Below are positions 50,017 through 59,830 of a stretch of 64,000 nt of DNA, piece after piece. The translations under genes were made by a program, and so were the position numbers. The notes under the pieces were generated by a model. That model did no database searches, was not told the origin of the DNA, and was given only the letters and a program-made list of their open reading frames with translations. How positions within the stretch are numbered: the first letter of the stretch is position 1; every line of letters starts with the position of its first letter. This stretch comes from Acidobacteriota bacterium (GTDB lineage Bacteria; Acidobacteriota; Blastocatellia; UBA7656). The stretch lies in assembly GCA_016201275.1 (NCBI GenBank), contig JACQDB010000106.1:11752-75751 (forward strand), in the 5' to 3' direction.

Positions 50017-51690
50017 ATGAAGAAAACCGAATCACAGACGATCTCGCCGCAGGCCGTAGCCGCCGAATTTCTGAACCAGTTTTACGGTTCGGGAAAGTAC
50101 CTGCGTGCGTCCATCGAACGACTGGCGGAACTCGCTTCGTCGAATAACCCGGAAACCTTGAAACTGGCTACAGGAGCCATTTTCAAGTCATTGGTCGAAC
50201 CCCTGGCAGATTCTTTTGAGGCACAAGCCGTGACGCTTTACAATCGCCTCTTCGCGCAGTTGATTCAATTCTCGCGCCAGCATCAAGAGGGCGAATTGCT
50301 GGATCGGGAGTTGGCGAACTTCGGCCTTTTGCGCGAAGCCGATTTGCTTGCCCGTGCCGAACGCCTGCGCCACATCAGACGCTTGAATCTAACGCCGTTG
50401 CAAAAACAAAAGGTCAAACGTGCGATCATCTTGTCGCGAGTGACCATAGGCGCAGACGTAGCCGTAACCAGCGTCGTCATTGAACGCTTGAAAAACGAAT
50501 TTCCCCAGGCCGAAATGGTTTTGCTTGGCGGCGCGAAGACAGCGGAAATTTTTGGTGGCGATGCGCGAGTGCGAATCGCTGAAGTTCACTATCAGCGCGC
50601 CGGAACCCTGACCGCAAGATTATCAAGCTGGCTTGAAGTGTTATCGAGCGTGCGTCAATTGATCGCCGACTTGCGCGACGATGAGTATTTCATCGCCGAT
50701 CCAGACAGCCGTTTGACGCAGCTTGGGCTGTTGCCGCTGGTGGCGGAAAATGTTTATGGTGATTGGCAAACTTCAAAGCAAACAGCGCAAGAACCGAAGG
50801 CGCACATTGCCAGCGTGAAACGGTCGGAAGCCGATAAGCGAAGCGCAAACGTGACCACGCCCGATGTTAGCAACGCAATTCCGAAAGCGTTAATTACGGA
50901 CAATTATATTTTTTTTCCGAGCCGCGAACTGGGCGGGCAAACGAAACATTCGTTGAGCGAGTTGACTGCGCTCTGGCTCAACGCGGTCTTTGGCGGTGAA
51001 GCACAAACGCTGCCGCGCTTGAGCTTGAAATCAGCAGACCAGGAAAGAGCGCGAGCGCTGGTCAAATGTATGCGGCACACGGAGGCGCGCCCCTTGGTGG
51101 CGATTAATTTTGGAGTTGGCGAAAATCCGGCCAAGCGCGTTTCGGATGATTTTGAAAATCAGTTGGTGTGTCGCCTGCTTGCGGCAGGGGCGCGAATTAT
51201 TTTTGACCGAGGCTTTGGCCAAGCCGAAAGCCAACGCGCCGACGCTGTGTTGGAGGCGGCTCGCCGCGCCGGTTATCAAAGTCGTAAAATCAACATCGTC
51301 GAAATTGATGAAGCGCGCCTCGATGGTTGGTTGAATCAAGAGACCGATGCTGCAACCACGAATCAATCAGGTGCGCGGGACGCCGATGTAGTGGTCTGGC
51401 AAGGGCGCATCGGATTGCTTGCGGCTTTGATTGGCGAAAGTAATCTTTACATCGGTTATGATTCAGCGGGGCAACATCTGGCGGCGGCGCTCGGCACTCC
51501 CTGCATAGATGTGTTTGCCGGTTTCAGCGCGCCGCGTATGCTACAGCGTTGGCGACCAAGCGGCGAGGCCACCACGCGGGTCATCGCCGTTGACACGCTG
51601 CACAAAGAGATTGATGCGGCTGCGGTGTTAGCGGAAACTTTGCAGCACGCGCTTGCTTTGATCAACAGAAAGCAAGACAGCCAACGGTGA
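50017..51690 (+). CDS. glycosyltransferase family 9 (heptosyltransferase-like) with N-terminal extension
   Basis: 557 aa. It has the GT9 pattern, and the C-terminal NLYIGYDSAGQHLAAALGTPCIDVFAG is typical of that family. Confidence 0.65.
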   Translation: MKKTESQTISPQAVAAEFLNQFYGSGKYLRASIERLAELASSNNPETLKLATGAIFKSLVEPLADSFEAQAVTLYNRLFAQLIQFSRQHQEGELLDRELANFGLLREADLLARAERLRHIRRLNLTPLQKQKVKRAIILSRVTIGADVAVTSVVIERLKNEFPQAEMVLLGGAKTAEIFGGDARVRIAEVHYQRAGTLTARLSSWLEVLSSVRQLIADLRDDEYFIADPDSRLTQLGLLPLVAENVYGDWQTSKQTAQEPKAHIASVKRSEADKRSANVTTPDVSNAIPKALITDNYIFFPSRELGGQTKHSLSELTALWLNAVFGGEAQTLPRLSLKSADQERARALVKCMRHTEARPLVAINFGVGENPAKRVSDDFENQLVCRLLAAGARIIFDRGFGQAESQRADAVLEAARRAGYQSRKINIVEIDEARLDGWLNQETDAATTNQSGARDADVVVWQGRIGLLAALIGESNLYIGYDSAGQHLAAALGTPCIDVFAGFSAPRMLQRWRPSGEATTRVIAVDTLHKEIDAAAVLAETLQHALALINRKQDSQR

Positions 51691-51918
51691 AAAGTGTAAC
51701 CTGAGTGAAGAAGCAAGAAGTTCGGGTAGCGGTTCAGCGGAGTGAGAACGAGAAGGAATTTCGTAGCCCTGCCTGTAGATGACAGCGTAGGAATGCGAAC
51801 GCTTTCGCCTGTAGGCGAGACGACGAAAGCTTTCTCCTCATTGAGCCACTCCCATGTTTCTTTCGCGTTTCATCAGTCGGCAAAAAATCGTGTGACTGCC
51901 GACTGCCGACTATTTTTT

Positions 51919-52938
51919 ATGCGCGTGACAATTTTAGAATTCGCGCCGTGCGCCGACTGGATTTATCATCTGCGCCGCGATGACGAGGAAGGCTATCTTG
52001 TCGGCGACGAGCGTCAGGTAACGATTCGGTCGGGAGCGAAGTTGCGTCCGCACACGGCGAGCATATACGCTGGCGGCAAGGCTACCAATGTGGCGCGGGT
52101 GATGGATAAATTGCTGCGCGAAGAGGACGCGGTTGAGGTGGAATTGGTGGTCTTTCGCCCGGATTCGCCGGAAGGTCGTTATCTACATGATTTGCAAACC
52201 AGTGAACTGCGGCGAGTGCGCGTGCGGCCTGTGATGATCGCCGGGCAGGCGCGTCTGTGCGTGGATTTGTTAGACCCAGCAACCCCCGCCGCGCATCGCG
52301 TAGCGTTCAACATCAGCCCTCGCGCCCTCTGGCAAGCGGGTGCGCTGGAAAAGGCTTTTGCTTTCGCCGCAGCGTTATCAACCGATTTATTATTGATGGC
52401 GGGCAATCCGCCTTTGCTGGAAGCGACCGGCGAACTCGCGGTGGATTTATATGCGCGGATTATCGCAGCGGCGCGGCCTCGCGTAAAATTGATGTCGCTG
52501 GATACGGAAAAGCAAGCGTTGGCGAATTGTTTGCAAGCCAAGGCGCAGCCCGAGGTCATCAAAATCAACGCCGATGAGCGCAAGGGAATTGCGGCGAAGT
52601 TGTGGGATACGTTCGCGGGAACGCTGGTGGTGACCGATGCGACGGGCTGTCTGGTGCAAGAAAAAAATCACCCGCCGCAAAGAGTGCGCGGCGCGAGTGT
52701 CGAAACTTTATATTCAACCATAGGCGCGGGCGATGCGGTTCACGCCGGATTTGCTATGGCCAGATGGCTATGGGGATTCGATGTGGTCAAAGCGGCGCGC
52801 TACGGGCAGGCGGTGGCGGCGGCTACGGTGAGCGCCAGTAGCGGCACACGCGGCATTAGCCGGGCGGCGGTTGATAAATTTTTTGTCGCCTTGGCAGACC
52901 AAAACACCCAAGGAGGGATGGATGAAACTGACAATTAA
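51919..52938 (+). CDS. PfkB-family carbohydrate kinase (FruK/LacC-like)
   Basis: Start placed at the ATG at 51919 (MRVTILEF...). Contains YAGGKATNVARVM and the C-terminal STIGAGDAVHAGF. Confidence 0.7.
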   Translation: MRVTILEFAPCADWIYHLRRDDEEGYLVGDERQVTIRSGAKLRPHTASIYAGGKATNVARVMDKLLREEDAVEVELVVFRPDSPEGRYLHDLQTSELRRVRVRPVMIAGQARLCVDLLDPATPAAHRVAFNISPRALWQAGALEKAFAFAAALSTDLLLMAGNPPLLEATGELAVDLYARIIAAARPRVKLMSLDTEKQALANCLQAKAQPEVIKINADERKGIAAKLWDTFAGTLVVTDATGCLVQEKNHPPQRVRGASVETLYSTIGAGDAVHAGFAMARWLWGFDVVKAARYGQAVAAATVSASSGTRGISRAAVDKFFVALADQNTQGGMDETDN

Positions 52939-53761
52939 AGTAAAGCCCGGCACAACCGTGAAACTCGACAAGCATGACCCCGATGAAACTTTTGGCCTCA
53001 CCGAAGAGCAGGCCGACGAGCGTTTGGCCATGCTTACGGATGAGCTTGGCGAATTGCAAGAATTGCTCTATGCCGCCCGACAGCATTCGGTGTTGATTAT
53101 TTTGCAAGGCATGGACACCAGCGGCAAAGATGGAACGGTGAAAAAAGTTATGACCGATGTGAACCCTTTGGGCTGTCGCGTTGAAGCGTTCAAGGTGCCA
53201 AGCGAAGAGGAGTTGGCGCATGATTTTTTGTGGCGTGTGCATAAAGTCGTGCCGCCCAAAGGCCTGATGACGATCTTCAATCGCTCGCATTATGAAGATG
53301 TGCTGGTGGTGCGGGTTCACGAGTTGGTGGCCAAACGAGTTTGGAAAAGTCGCTTTCATCAGATCAACGAATTTGAACGAACGTTGGTTGAAAGCGGCAC
53401 TATCATTGTGAAATTTTTTCTCCACATCAGCAAACATGAACAGCAGAAGCGTTTGCAAGCGCGTGAACGAGAGGCGGCGAAAGCTTGGAAACTGTCGCCG
53501 GGCGATTGGCAGGAGCGCGAATTGTGGGAGGCTTATCAAAGCGCTTATGAAACGGCGTTGATGCGTTGCTCGACAGCGTATGCGAAGTGGCACATCGTTC
53601 CGGCGAATCAGAAATGGTTTCGGAATCTGGCCGTGGCCGAGGCCCTGGTGCGGACGCTCAGACCGTATCGCAAAGACTGGGAAAAAGTGTTGCAGAAATT
53701 ATCTGACCGCAAACTCGCCGAACTGGAAGCCATGCGTGCCACCAGGTCTGCCGACGCATAA
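52922..53761 (+). CDS. polyphosphate kinase 2 family protein (polyphosphate:nucleotide phosphotransferase)
   Basis: The ATG at 52922 follows an AAGGAGGG SD. Contains LQGMDTSGKDGTVKKVM (PPK2 P-loop) and FNRSHYEDVLVVRVH. It overlaps the end of the PfkB gene by 17 nt. Confidence 0.88.
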   Translation: MKLTIKVKPGTTVKLDKHDPDETFGLTEEQADERLAMLTDELGELQELLYAARQHSVLIILQGMDTSGKDGTVKKVMTDVNPLGCRVEAFKVPSEEELAHDFLWRVHKVVPPKGLMTIFNRSHYEDVLVVRVHELVAKRVWKSRFHQINEFERTLVESGTIIVKFFLHISKHEQQKRLQAREREAAKAWKLSPGDWQERELWEAYQSAYETALMRCSTAYAKWHIVPANQKWFRNLAVAEALVRTLRPYRKDWEKVLQKLSDRKLAELEAMRATRSADA

Positions 53762-53839
53762 GGATGGGGACTGAACTAAAGTGCAACTTGGTGCGGACGA
53801 CCGCCGCAGGGTCGCTCGCATCAGCAAGCGACCCTTGAT

Positions 53840-54175
53840 TCAGGTTGCGGTGACTTGAACCTCTTCATCTCTGAATCCTTCGGGAACATCAAATTCTCCC
53901 CAGGAGTGACACTCAAGGGTAAGCTGACCGTTTTCGATGAAGATAACGAAGCCACAAATTACTCCTTTGGCGCTACCCGTCACGATTGGCTCATGGCACA
54001 CCAGCCGTTCTTGGGGAAGGTCGTCGTGGCGGATTGACAGGAAGTACCCGCTGCCGGTGTGGTCATAGCCAACTATCTCGCCTGCGCTTACCAGGTCTTC
54101 GAGTTGCTGGTGTGACAGTACCCTGGACGCGAGTAGGTAAAGAACTTTTTTCTCGTAATCCCTGATGCAATTCAT
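53840..54175 (-). CDS. hypothetical protein (111 aa)
   Basis: ORF only, with somewhat lower GC than its neighbours. No family recognised. Confidence 0.45.
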   Translation of the reverse strand: MNCIRDYEKKVLYLLASRVLSHQQLEDLVSAGEIVGYDHTGSGYFLSIRHDDLPQERLVCHEPIVTGSAKGVICGFVIFIENGQLTLECHSWGEFDVPEGFRDEEVQVTAT

Positions 54176-54238
54176 GTGGCAACCTACCTCAGGATGAGAG
54201 GTGTTGGTGTAGCGCTGGAGCAGCGCTCACCGCTTCAA

Positions 54239-55624
54239 TTAATCGGCTACTTGCAGACGATGAACCGAGACCAGCGAGATGAGCGTGGGAATGCCGTTAT
54301 CAACCGTGACTTTCAAAAGCGCCTGGTAATACTTGAGCGTTGGCTGGTCGCCGAAGATTTGGCGCAGGTGTTGATTGAGGCTGGGCAGATAATCTTTGCT
54401 GGTGGCGAATTCGGCGGCAGCCTGGGTGCCTTCGCTGTAGATACCGGCCAGGATCATCATGGTGCTTTTGCCTGAAAGGCTGGGTTTGACGGTAATCAGC
54501 GCATAATCTTCGACTAATTTGCCGCTTACCGGATGGAATTTCGGTTTGTACTCCGGCGCTTCATCGCCCTGTGGCTCCAGGTTGAGAATCGTCGCGTTGT
54601 CGCTGTAGATAAAGGATTCTTTAACCGGTTGCTTGCCCGTCCATTCGTTCACCCAGATGCTGCCGAGCAAGATGGCGTCATGGTTTTTCAAGTCTTCGGC
54701 GCTGGCTGTGCGGCTCTGTTTCAAGACCAGCGATTTGCCAGCGCTACGCATGACCGAGGTGACATAATGCAAGCCTATGGCTTCGCCCATGCCGGTATAT
54801 TCGTCTGTGCATAACAAGAGGCGCGGCGCAGAGTTGTTCTTGATGGAATTCATCAGGAATTTCTCTTTGCCGATGGCCTGCCCCAGTTCCCTAGTCTGTT
54901 CCAAGCTCAAACGAATGGTGCGCGCATCCTGCGTCATGGGATCCATAGGGTTGGCCAAGCGATAGACGGTCGGGTTGCCGACGACGACCAGCGGCGGTTC
55001 ACTGCTGTTGAAAAAAATGCCCCAGACATCTTCATAGACCGCATCTCTTTTGCTGGCGGCGGCGCTTGGATTGGCTTGGATGGGCTGGCGGGTTGCGATC
55101 AGCAGAAACGCCGTGAGGATGACCAGCATCACTACGGCGGCGCTTAAACCGAGAATGGCAATTTTTTCCCGGCGCAGTGGTTGAGGCGTGGGCGGGGTTG
55201 CGGCGGCAAGGAGCAGCGGCGCGCTGACTGCCGCAACTTCCTTGAGCGGGTTTTCAACTTTGACTTCGACCTTTGGCGTGCCATTGCCGCTTCCCTGATA
55301 CGAGAAGACCGGTTTGTAATGGCCTTTGGGAAGCTCGATAAGGATTTTATCGGCTTTGCCTTCGGTGGAATAATACTCGTGTAGTTTGTATCGTAGGCGA
55401 CCGGCCTGGACACGCACGACGGAATCTATGCGGGGATTAAATTGGCTGCCACGGCCAAAAACATCCGTGGCAATGGTGTATTCCTTGATGTGGTCTTCTT
55501 CGCCATTCACCAGCTTATTGACGATGAAACTCAAAAAGGCGCGTAGGCTCTCGGCTTCATGAAATGCCTGACTTTGCACGATACGCTCAAGCTGTTGCAG
55601 TTTTTCTTCTCGACTTAAATTCAT
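54239..55624 (-). CDS. membrane-anchored protein with N-terminal winged-helix-like regulatory domain
   Basis: 461 aa. The N-terminus ...IKEYTIATDVFGRGSQFNPRIDSVVRVQAGRLRYKLHEYY is a CadC/OmpR-like DNA-binding-type motif. It is followed by one TM helix (AILGLSAAVVMLVILTAFLLI) and a ~270-aa extracytoplasmic domain. Confidence 0.55.
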   Translation of the reverse strand: MNLSREEKLQQLERIVQSQAFHEAESLRAFLSFIVNKLVNGEEDHIKEYTIATDVFGRGSQFNPRIDSVVRVQAGRLRYKLHEYYSTEGKADKILIELPKGHYKPVFSYQGSGNGTPKVEVKVENPLKEVAAVSAPLLLAAATPPTPQPLRREKIAILGLSAAVVMLVILTAFLLIATRQPIQANPSAAASKRDAVYEDVWGIFFNSSEPPLVVVGNPTVYRLANPMDPMTQDARTIRLSLEQTRELGQAIGKEKFLMNSIKNNSAPRLLLCTDEYTGMGEAIGLHYVTSVMRSAGKSLVLKQSRTASAEDLKNHDAILLGSIWVNEWTGKQPVKESFIYSDNATILNLEPQGDEAPEYKPKFHPVSGKLVEDYALITVKPSLSGKSTMMILAGIYSEGTQAAAEFATSKDYLPSLNQHLRQIFGDQPTLKYYQALLKVTVDNGIPTLISLVSVHRLQVAD

Positions 55625-55875
55625 AAAAACACACAGCCCAACCGAGTAACCAGGTTAGTAACACGCTTAACTGACTGGTTCTACTATCTCTAAGCCCTAT
55701 TAAAAAGCTGACAGGCATTATACCCCTATTAACTCCCACGACAAGAGAGCAGAAGTGTATAAATAAACCGTCCTGAATTTTTGCAATAATCTTCAACCAA
55801 TAACAAAGTCAAGTGTTGTAAAAGACGGTTCCCCTTAAACTGCAGTTCAGTCACGAAATCTTGGAGGATGCCTGT

Positions 55876-58800
55876 ATGCCAAATCAGTATAAGCGCCTGC
55901 CGATGCCTAAGCGACTGCTCAATTTTTTCCCTTCGCTCATCTTCTTCAGTACCTTGTTGCTGGCTACGGGTAGTGCTTATGGGCAAACCACCCAAAGCGC
56001 GACCTTGCGCGGTACTGTGAAAGACCCCAGTGGCGCGGTGATCAGTAATGCCAGCGTCAGCGTAATCAGTGAGCGCACGAAAAGCGAGCGCAAAGTCAAA
56101 ACCAATGATGAAGGCGGGTACGTTTTCAACGCTCTAACTCCTGATACCTACACCTTGAAAGTAGAGATTCAGGGCTTCAAAACATCACAACAGACCGGCA
56201 TCTCGTTAGCCGCCAGTGATACACGCGGCGTTGACATCACGTTGGAGGTCGGCGGCGCAGACCAAGTGGTTACCATCACCGGCGCTCCCGAACCGATTCA
56301 AAAAGAGACCGGCGCGAAAGAGAATACCATCACCGCAAAACAGATTGATAATCTTTCGATCATCGGTCGCAGCGGCCTGGAATTGTTACGCATATTGCCG
56401 GGCGTCACCGCGCCCAACGCCGATGAAGCCGGACAACAATCCGTGAGCTTCGGCGGCGGCACCAATGCCAACAGTCAGTACCACGTCAACGGGCTGCGCG
56501 GCGAGTACAACAATGTCAGCATTGACGGCTCGCGGGTGATTGACATCGGCTCTAACAACGGCACCATCATCACCGCCAACGTGGACATGGTGCAGGAAGT
56601 GAAAATCCAGAGCAGTAACTACGCTGCCGAGCATGGTTCAAGCGGTGTGCAGATTTCGGCCACCACCAAAGGCGGCGGCCAGGATTTTCACGGCACGCTC
56701 TACAGCTATTTCCGTGATGCCGTGTTGAATGCCAACGACCGCTCTAACACGATTAACGGGGTGGCCAGACCGGAAGAAAGTTATCGCTATCCGGGCGGCA
56801 ATGTCGGTGGGCCAGTGTGGATACCGGGAACCGGCTTCAACAAAAAACGCGATCAACTGTTTTTCTTCTATGGCTTGGAAATTCAACGGCAACAAGTGGA
56901 CCCTGGCTCAAGGTTTGATGTTGTGCCGACGGCGGAAATGCGAAACGGCATCTTCCCGAAAGGGTCGCCCGGTTTTCCTGATGGCGGCAATGTGGCCAAT
57001 CGCATTGATCCGATTGGCCGCACCTTTATCAACTTTTATCCGCTGCCGAATTTCACCGACCCAAACGGTGGACCCAACAATTATGTTGCCACCGGCTTGC
57101 AGCCGATCAATCGCAATCAGCAAAACTTGCGCGTGGATTACAGTGTCTCGCAGAACACCAAACTCTTTGTGCGCTGGGCGCGGGAAGCCGAAAGCAATGA
57201 CTTTGCGCGCGGTCTGTGGTGGAACCCTTCAGCTTACGAATTGCCGTCTCATGTGCGAGGCACGAACCTTGGTCGTTCTATCGTTACCAATCTGACCAGC
57301 GTCATTAATCCAACCATGACCAACGAGGTGGTGTTCAGTTTCAGCAAGCTGCTGTTGGATAACGACTATGCCGATCCGAGCAAGGTCTCTTTGGCGGCTT
57401 TGGGGATTGCCAACTTCAAAGGCCCCTTCGGCCAGGTGAGCAAGTACGCGCCCCTAGCCTTTATCACCAGTTGGTCTGGGCAAACCTACGGCGACTTCTG
57501 GGAACCGGGCGGATTGCCGCTGTTCGCGCACAATTCCAGCCTGTCGTTCAATGATACGTTGGCAAAGATTTCCGGCACCCATACCTTGAAATTCGGGGCC
57601 TTGGTCGAGCGCGGCAACAAAATTCAAAACTTCAATAATGACCCGGAAACCCGGCTCATCTATGCGCCCTGGGGTGCCAACTCCACCGGCAACGTGTTCG
57701 CCGATATGCTGGTCGGGCGACCGGCGCAGGTGGTGGCGTCAACCCAAACCGCAACCGGCAACTTCCGCTTCTGGAACTATGAATTCTTTGCTCAGGATGG
57801 TTGGAAAGTGCGCCCGAACTTCACTCTGGAATATGGTCTGCGGGTAGCCTTCTATCCAACCAATAGAGAATTGGGTGGACTTGGCGTGCGCTTTGACAAG
57901 AGCGCATACATGGCGTCGGAGGGGGTGTTGATTAACGGCGATCCGAATCGTCCCAACGGCATTTTGCAAGCCAAACGCGGCGAGATTCCGCTTGGCGTTA
58001 CCGCGAATCCGCGACCACAATTTGCCCCGCGTTTGAACTTTGCCTGGGACCTCAACGGCAAGGGCGACACGGTGATTCGCGGCGGCGCGGGATTGTTCTA
58101 CAACCGCGTGCAAGGCAACTATCAATACTACTCGCTGAATCAACCGCCGAACACTTATGGGGCGACCTTTGATGGCTATGGCTTCACCGGTTTGAACAAT
58201 GGCGAGGGACTGACTTACAACACCCTGTCGCTGATCAATCCGTTCACGCAGATTGGCACCATCGGCATTTCTTCGGCGGATGTCAATTCAATTAACATTC
58301 CACGCATTGCCAATATGAGCCTGTCGGTGGCGCATCGTCTGCTGTGGAACAACGTGCTGGAAGTCAGCTATGTTGGCACTCAGGGACGCCACCTGCCGGG
58401 GAACATCGAGACCAATTTTGTTCCGGTGGGCAAATTGTTGAGCGGCAGAGTTGGCAATGCCGATCTGTCGGTTCCGGTGCAGCGCGTGGCGGTGGCCGGG
58501 CAGGCCGGTGTGATGGCGCAGTTCCGCCCCTTCCCGGCCTACAGCAGCGTCCGCCTCTATCAGTACACCGGCACGTCGAGCTATCACTCCTTGCAGGCGA
58601 CTTTGTCGCATCAGACCAACAGTCGTTTGCAATACTTCATGACCTATACCTTCTCGAAGGCGCTGGGCACCACTCAAGTCAACGAGACGGACGGCAATGG
58701 CACTGACCCTGTGGATACGCGAAACCGTAACTGGGGCGTCTTGCCTTACGATAGGACTCATGTCTTCAATATGACTTACAACTATCTGGTGCCGGATGGA

Positions 58801-59478
58801 GCGCGTAGCGGTTTCAAGAATTGGTTGACCACAGGTCTGCTCAATGGCTGGCAGATGTCGGGCATCACCACCTTTTCAAGTGGTCTGCCAATCAAGCTGA
58901 AATTCGGTGGCGACCTGGCTGGCAGTGGTGTCGCGGCGGCGTGGGTGGGCACGGATGCGTCCGGTCAAGCCGGTAGTTCAAGTGGGGCGATTGCGCCGAT
59001 ACTGGCGCGCCATCCACAGACCAGCGGCGGCACTCAGTTAAGAGAGCGCTTCCTTGACATCAACGCGATCTCGATTCCCAGCTTCGGACAAAGCGGGGCG
59101 TATGTCTCGCCGTTCTATATACGCGCACCGCATCGCTGGAATCACGATGTGTCGGTCTTCAAGAACTTCATCATCTCCGAACGCCAGAAGATTCAATTCC
59201 GCGCCGGATTCTTCAATCTGTTTAATCAGGCGTATCCCAACATCGCCAATGGTGATATTGATGTGCGACTGGATACCGTCTGTTTAGTTCGACGCGACAA
59301 TGTGCCTAACGGTGCGGGCGGCACTTCCAATAATGTCTGTGACCCCACTGGCGGCTTCCGGTTTACGGATAAGACGCGATTCCCCAATGATGCAACCGAC
59401 ACCGTGCGTGATTTTGGTAAGATCACCAACAAACATGGCCACCGCATTATTGAGTTTGCTTTGAAGTATTACTTCTAA
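55876..59478 (+). CDS. TonB-dependent receptor with N-terminal carboxypeptidase-regulatory-like domain
   Basis: The ATG at 55876 lies 7 nt after GGAGGA. It has a signal peptide, LRGTVKDPSGAVISNASVSV (CarboxypepD_reg), a plug, and a long beta-barrel ending ...EFALKYYF (terminal aromatic residue). Confidence 0.9.
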   Translation: MPNQYKRLPMPKRLLNFFPSLIFFSTLLLATGSAYGQTTQSATLRGTVKDPSGAVISNASVSVISERTKSERKVKTNDEGGYVFNALTPDTYTLKVEIQGFKTSQQTGISLAASDTRGVDITLEVGGADQVVTITGAPEPIQKETGAKENTITAKQIDNLSIIGRSGLELLRILPGVTAPNADEAGQQSVSFGGGTNANSQYHVNGLRGEYNNVSIDGSRVIDIGSNNGTIITANVDMVQEVKIQSSNYAAEHGSSGVQISATTKGGGQDFHGTLYSYFRDAVLNANDRSNTINGVARPEESYRYPGGNVGGPVWIPGTGFNKKRDQLFFFYGLEIQRQQVDPGSRFDVVPTAEMRNGIFPKGSPGFPDGGNVANRIDPIGRTFINFYPLPNFTDPNGGPNNYVATGLQPINRNQQNLRVDYSVSQNTKLFVRWAREAESNDFARGLWWNPSAYELPSHVRGTNLGRSIVTNLTSVINPTMTNEVVFSFSKLLLDNDYADPSKVSLAALGIANFKGPFGQVSKYAPLAFITSWSGQTYGDFWEPGGLPLFAHNSSLSFNDTLAKISGTHTLKFGALVERGNKIQNFNNDPETRLIYAPWGANSTGNVFADMLVGRPAQVVASTQTATGNFRFWNYEFFAQDGWKVRPNFTLEYGLRVAFYPTNRELGGLGVRFDKSAYMASEGVLINGDPNRPNGILQAKRGEIPLGVTANPRPQFAPRLNFAWDLNGKGDTVIRGGAGLFYNRVQGNYQYYSLNQPPNTYGATFDGYGFTGLNNGEGLTYNTLSLINPFTQIGTIGISSADVNSINIPRIANMSLSVAHRLLWNNVLEVSYVGTQGRHLPGNIETNFVPVGKLLSGRVGNADLSVPVQRVAVAGQAGVMAQFRPFPAYSSVRLYQYTGTSSYHSLQATLSHQTNSRLQYFMTYTFSKALGTTQVNETDGNGTDPVDTRNRNWGVLPYDRTHVFNMTYNYLVPDGARSGFKNWLTTGLLNGWQMSGITTFSSGLPIKLKFGGDLAGSGVAAAWVGTDASGQAGSSSGAIAPILARHPQTSGGTQLRERFLDINAISIPSFGQSGAYVSPFYIRAPHRWNHDVSVFKNFIISERQKIQFRAGFFNLFNQAYPNIANGDIDVRLDTVCLVRRDNVPNGAGGTSNNVCDPTGGFRFTDKTRFPNDATDTVRDFGKITNKHGHRIIEFALKYYF

Positions 59479-59503
59479 AGCGCAACCCGATTCGCGGAAA
59501 AAT

Positions 59504-59545
59504 AAACTGGCGTGGGAGGCGGAGCTGCCGCGCCAGTTTGTTTTG
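59504..59545 (+). terminator. rho-independent terminator of the TonB-dependent receptor gene
   Basis: aaactggcg (59504-59512) pairs with cgccagttt (59531-59539), followed by GTTTT. It lies 26 nt after the stop. Confidence 0.6.
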
Positions 59546-59830
59546 GCTGTGCGAGGGCTTTGCTGAAAATGTTTTTCTGGCGCAAGCTTCAAAAACCGGC
59601 TACGGGCGACCACCGCAAGAGCGCTCGTAGCCGCACCCGCAAACGGCTCTGGATGGCATAACAGAATCCTTGTAGAAGCCGGAAGAGGGCGGCAATTGAG
59701 TGGCGTTTTTAATAAAAAACCCTGTAAAAACAGGCTTTTTCTGCTTGCCTCCGCTTTCTTGGCGCGCTATATTTTTGCTGTCCGGCAAATTGTCCGAAAG
59801 CTCTGATTCGCAAGGCAGAAGGTTCTTCTT

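Noticed and set aside
53808-53835. 9-bp-stem hairpin (agggtcgct/agcgaccct) between the convergent PPK2 and 111-aa genes, considered as a terminator.
   Set aside because: There is no U-tract on either strand. It is plausible but not supported well enough to list as a feature.
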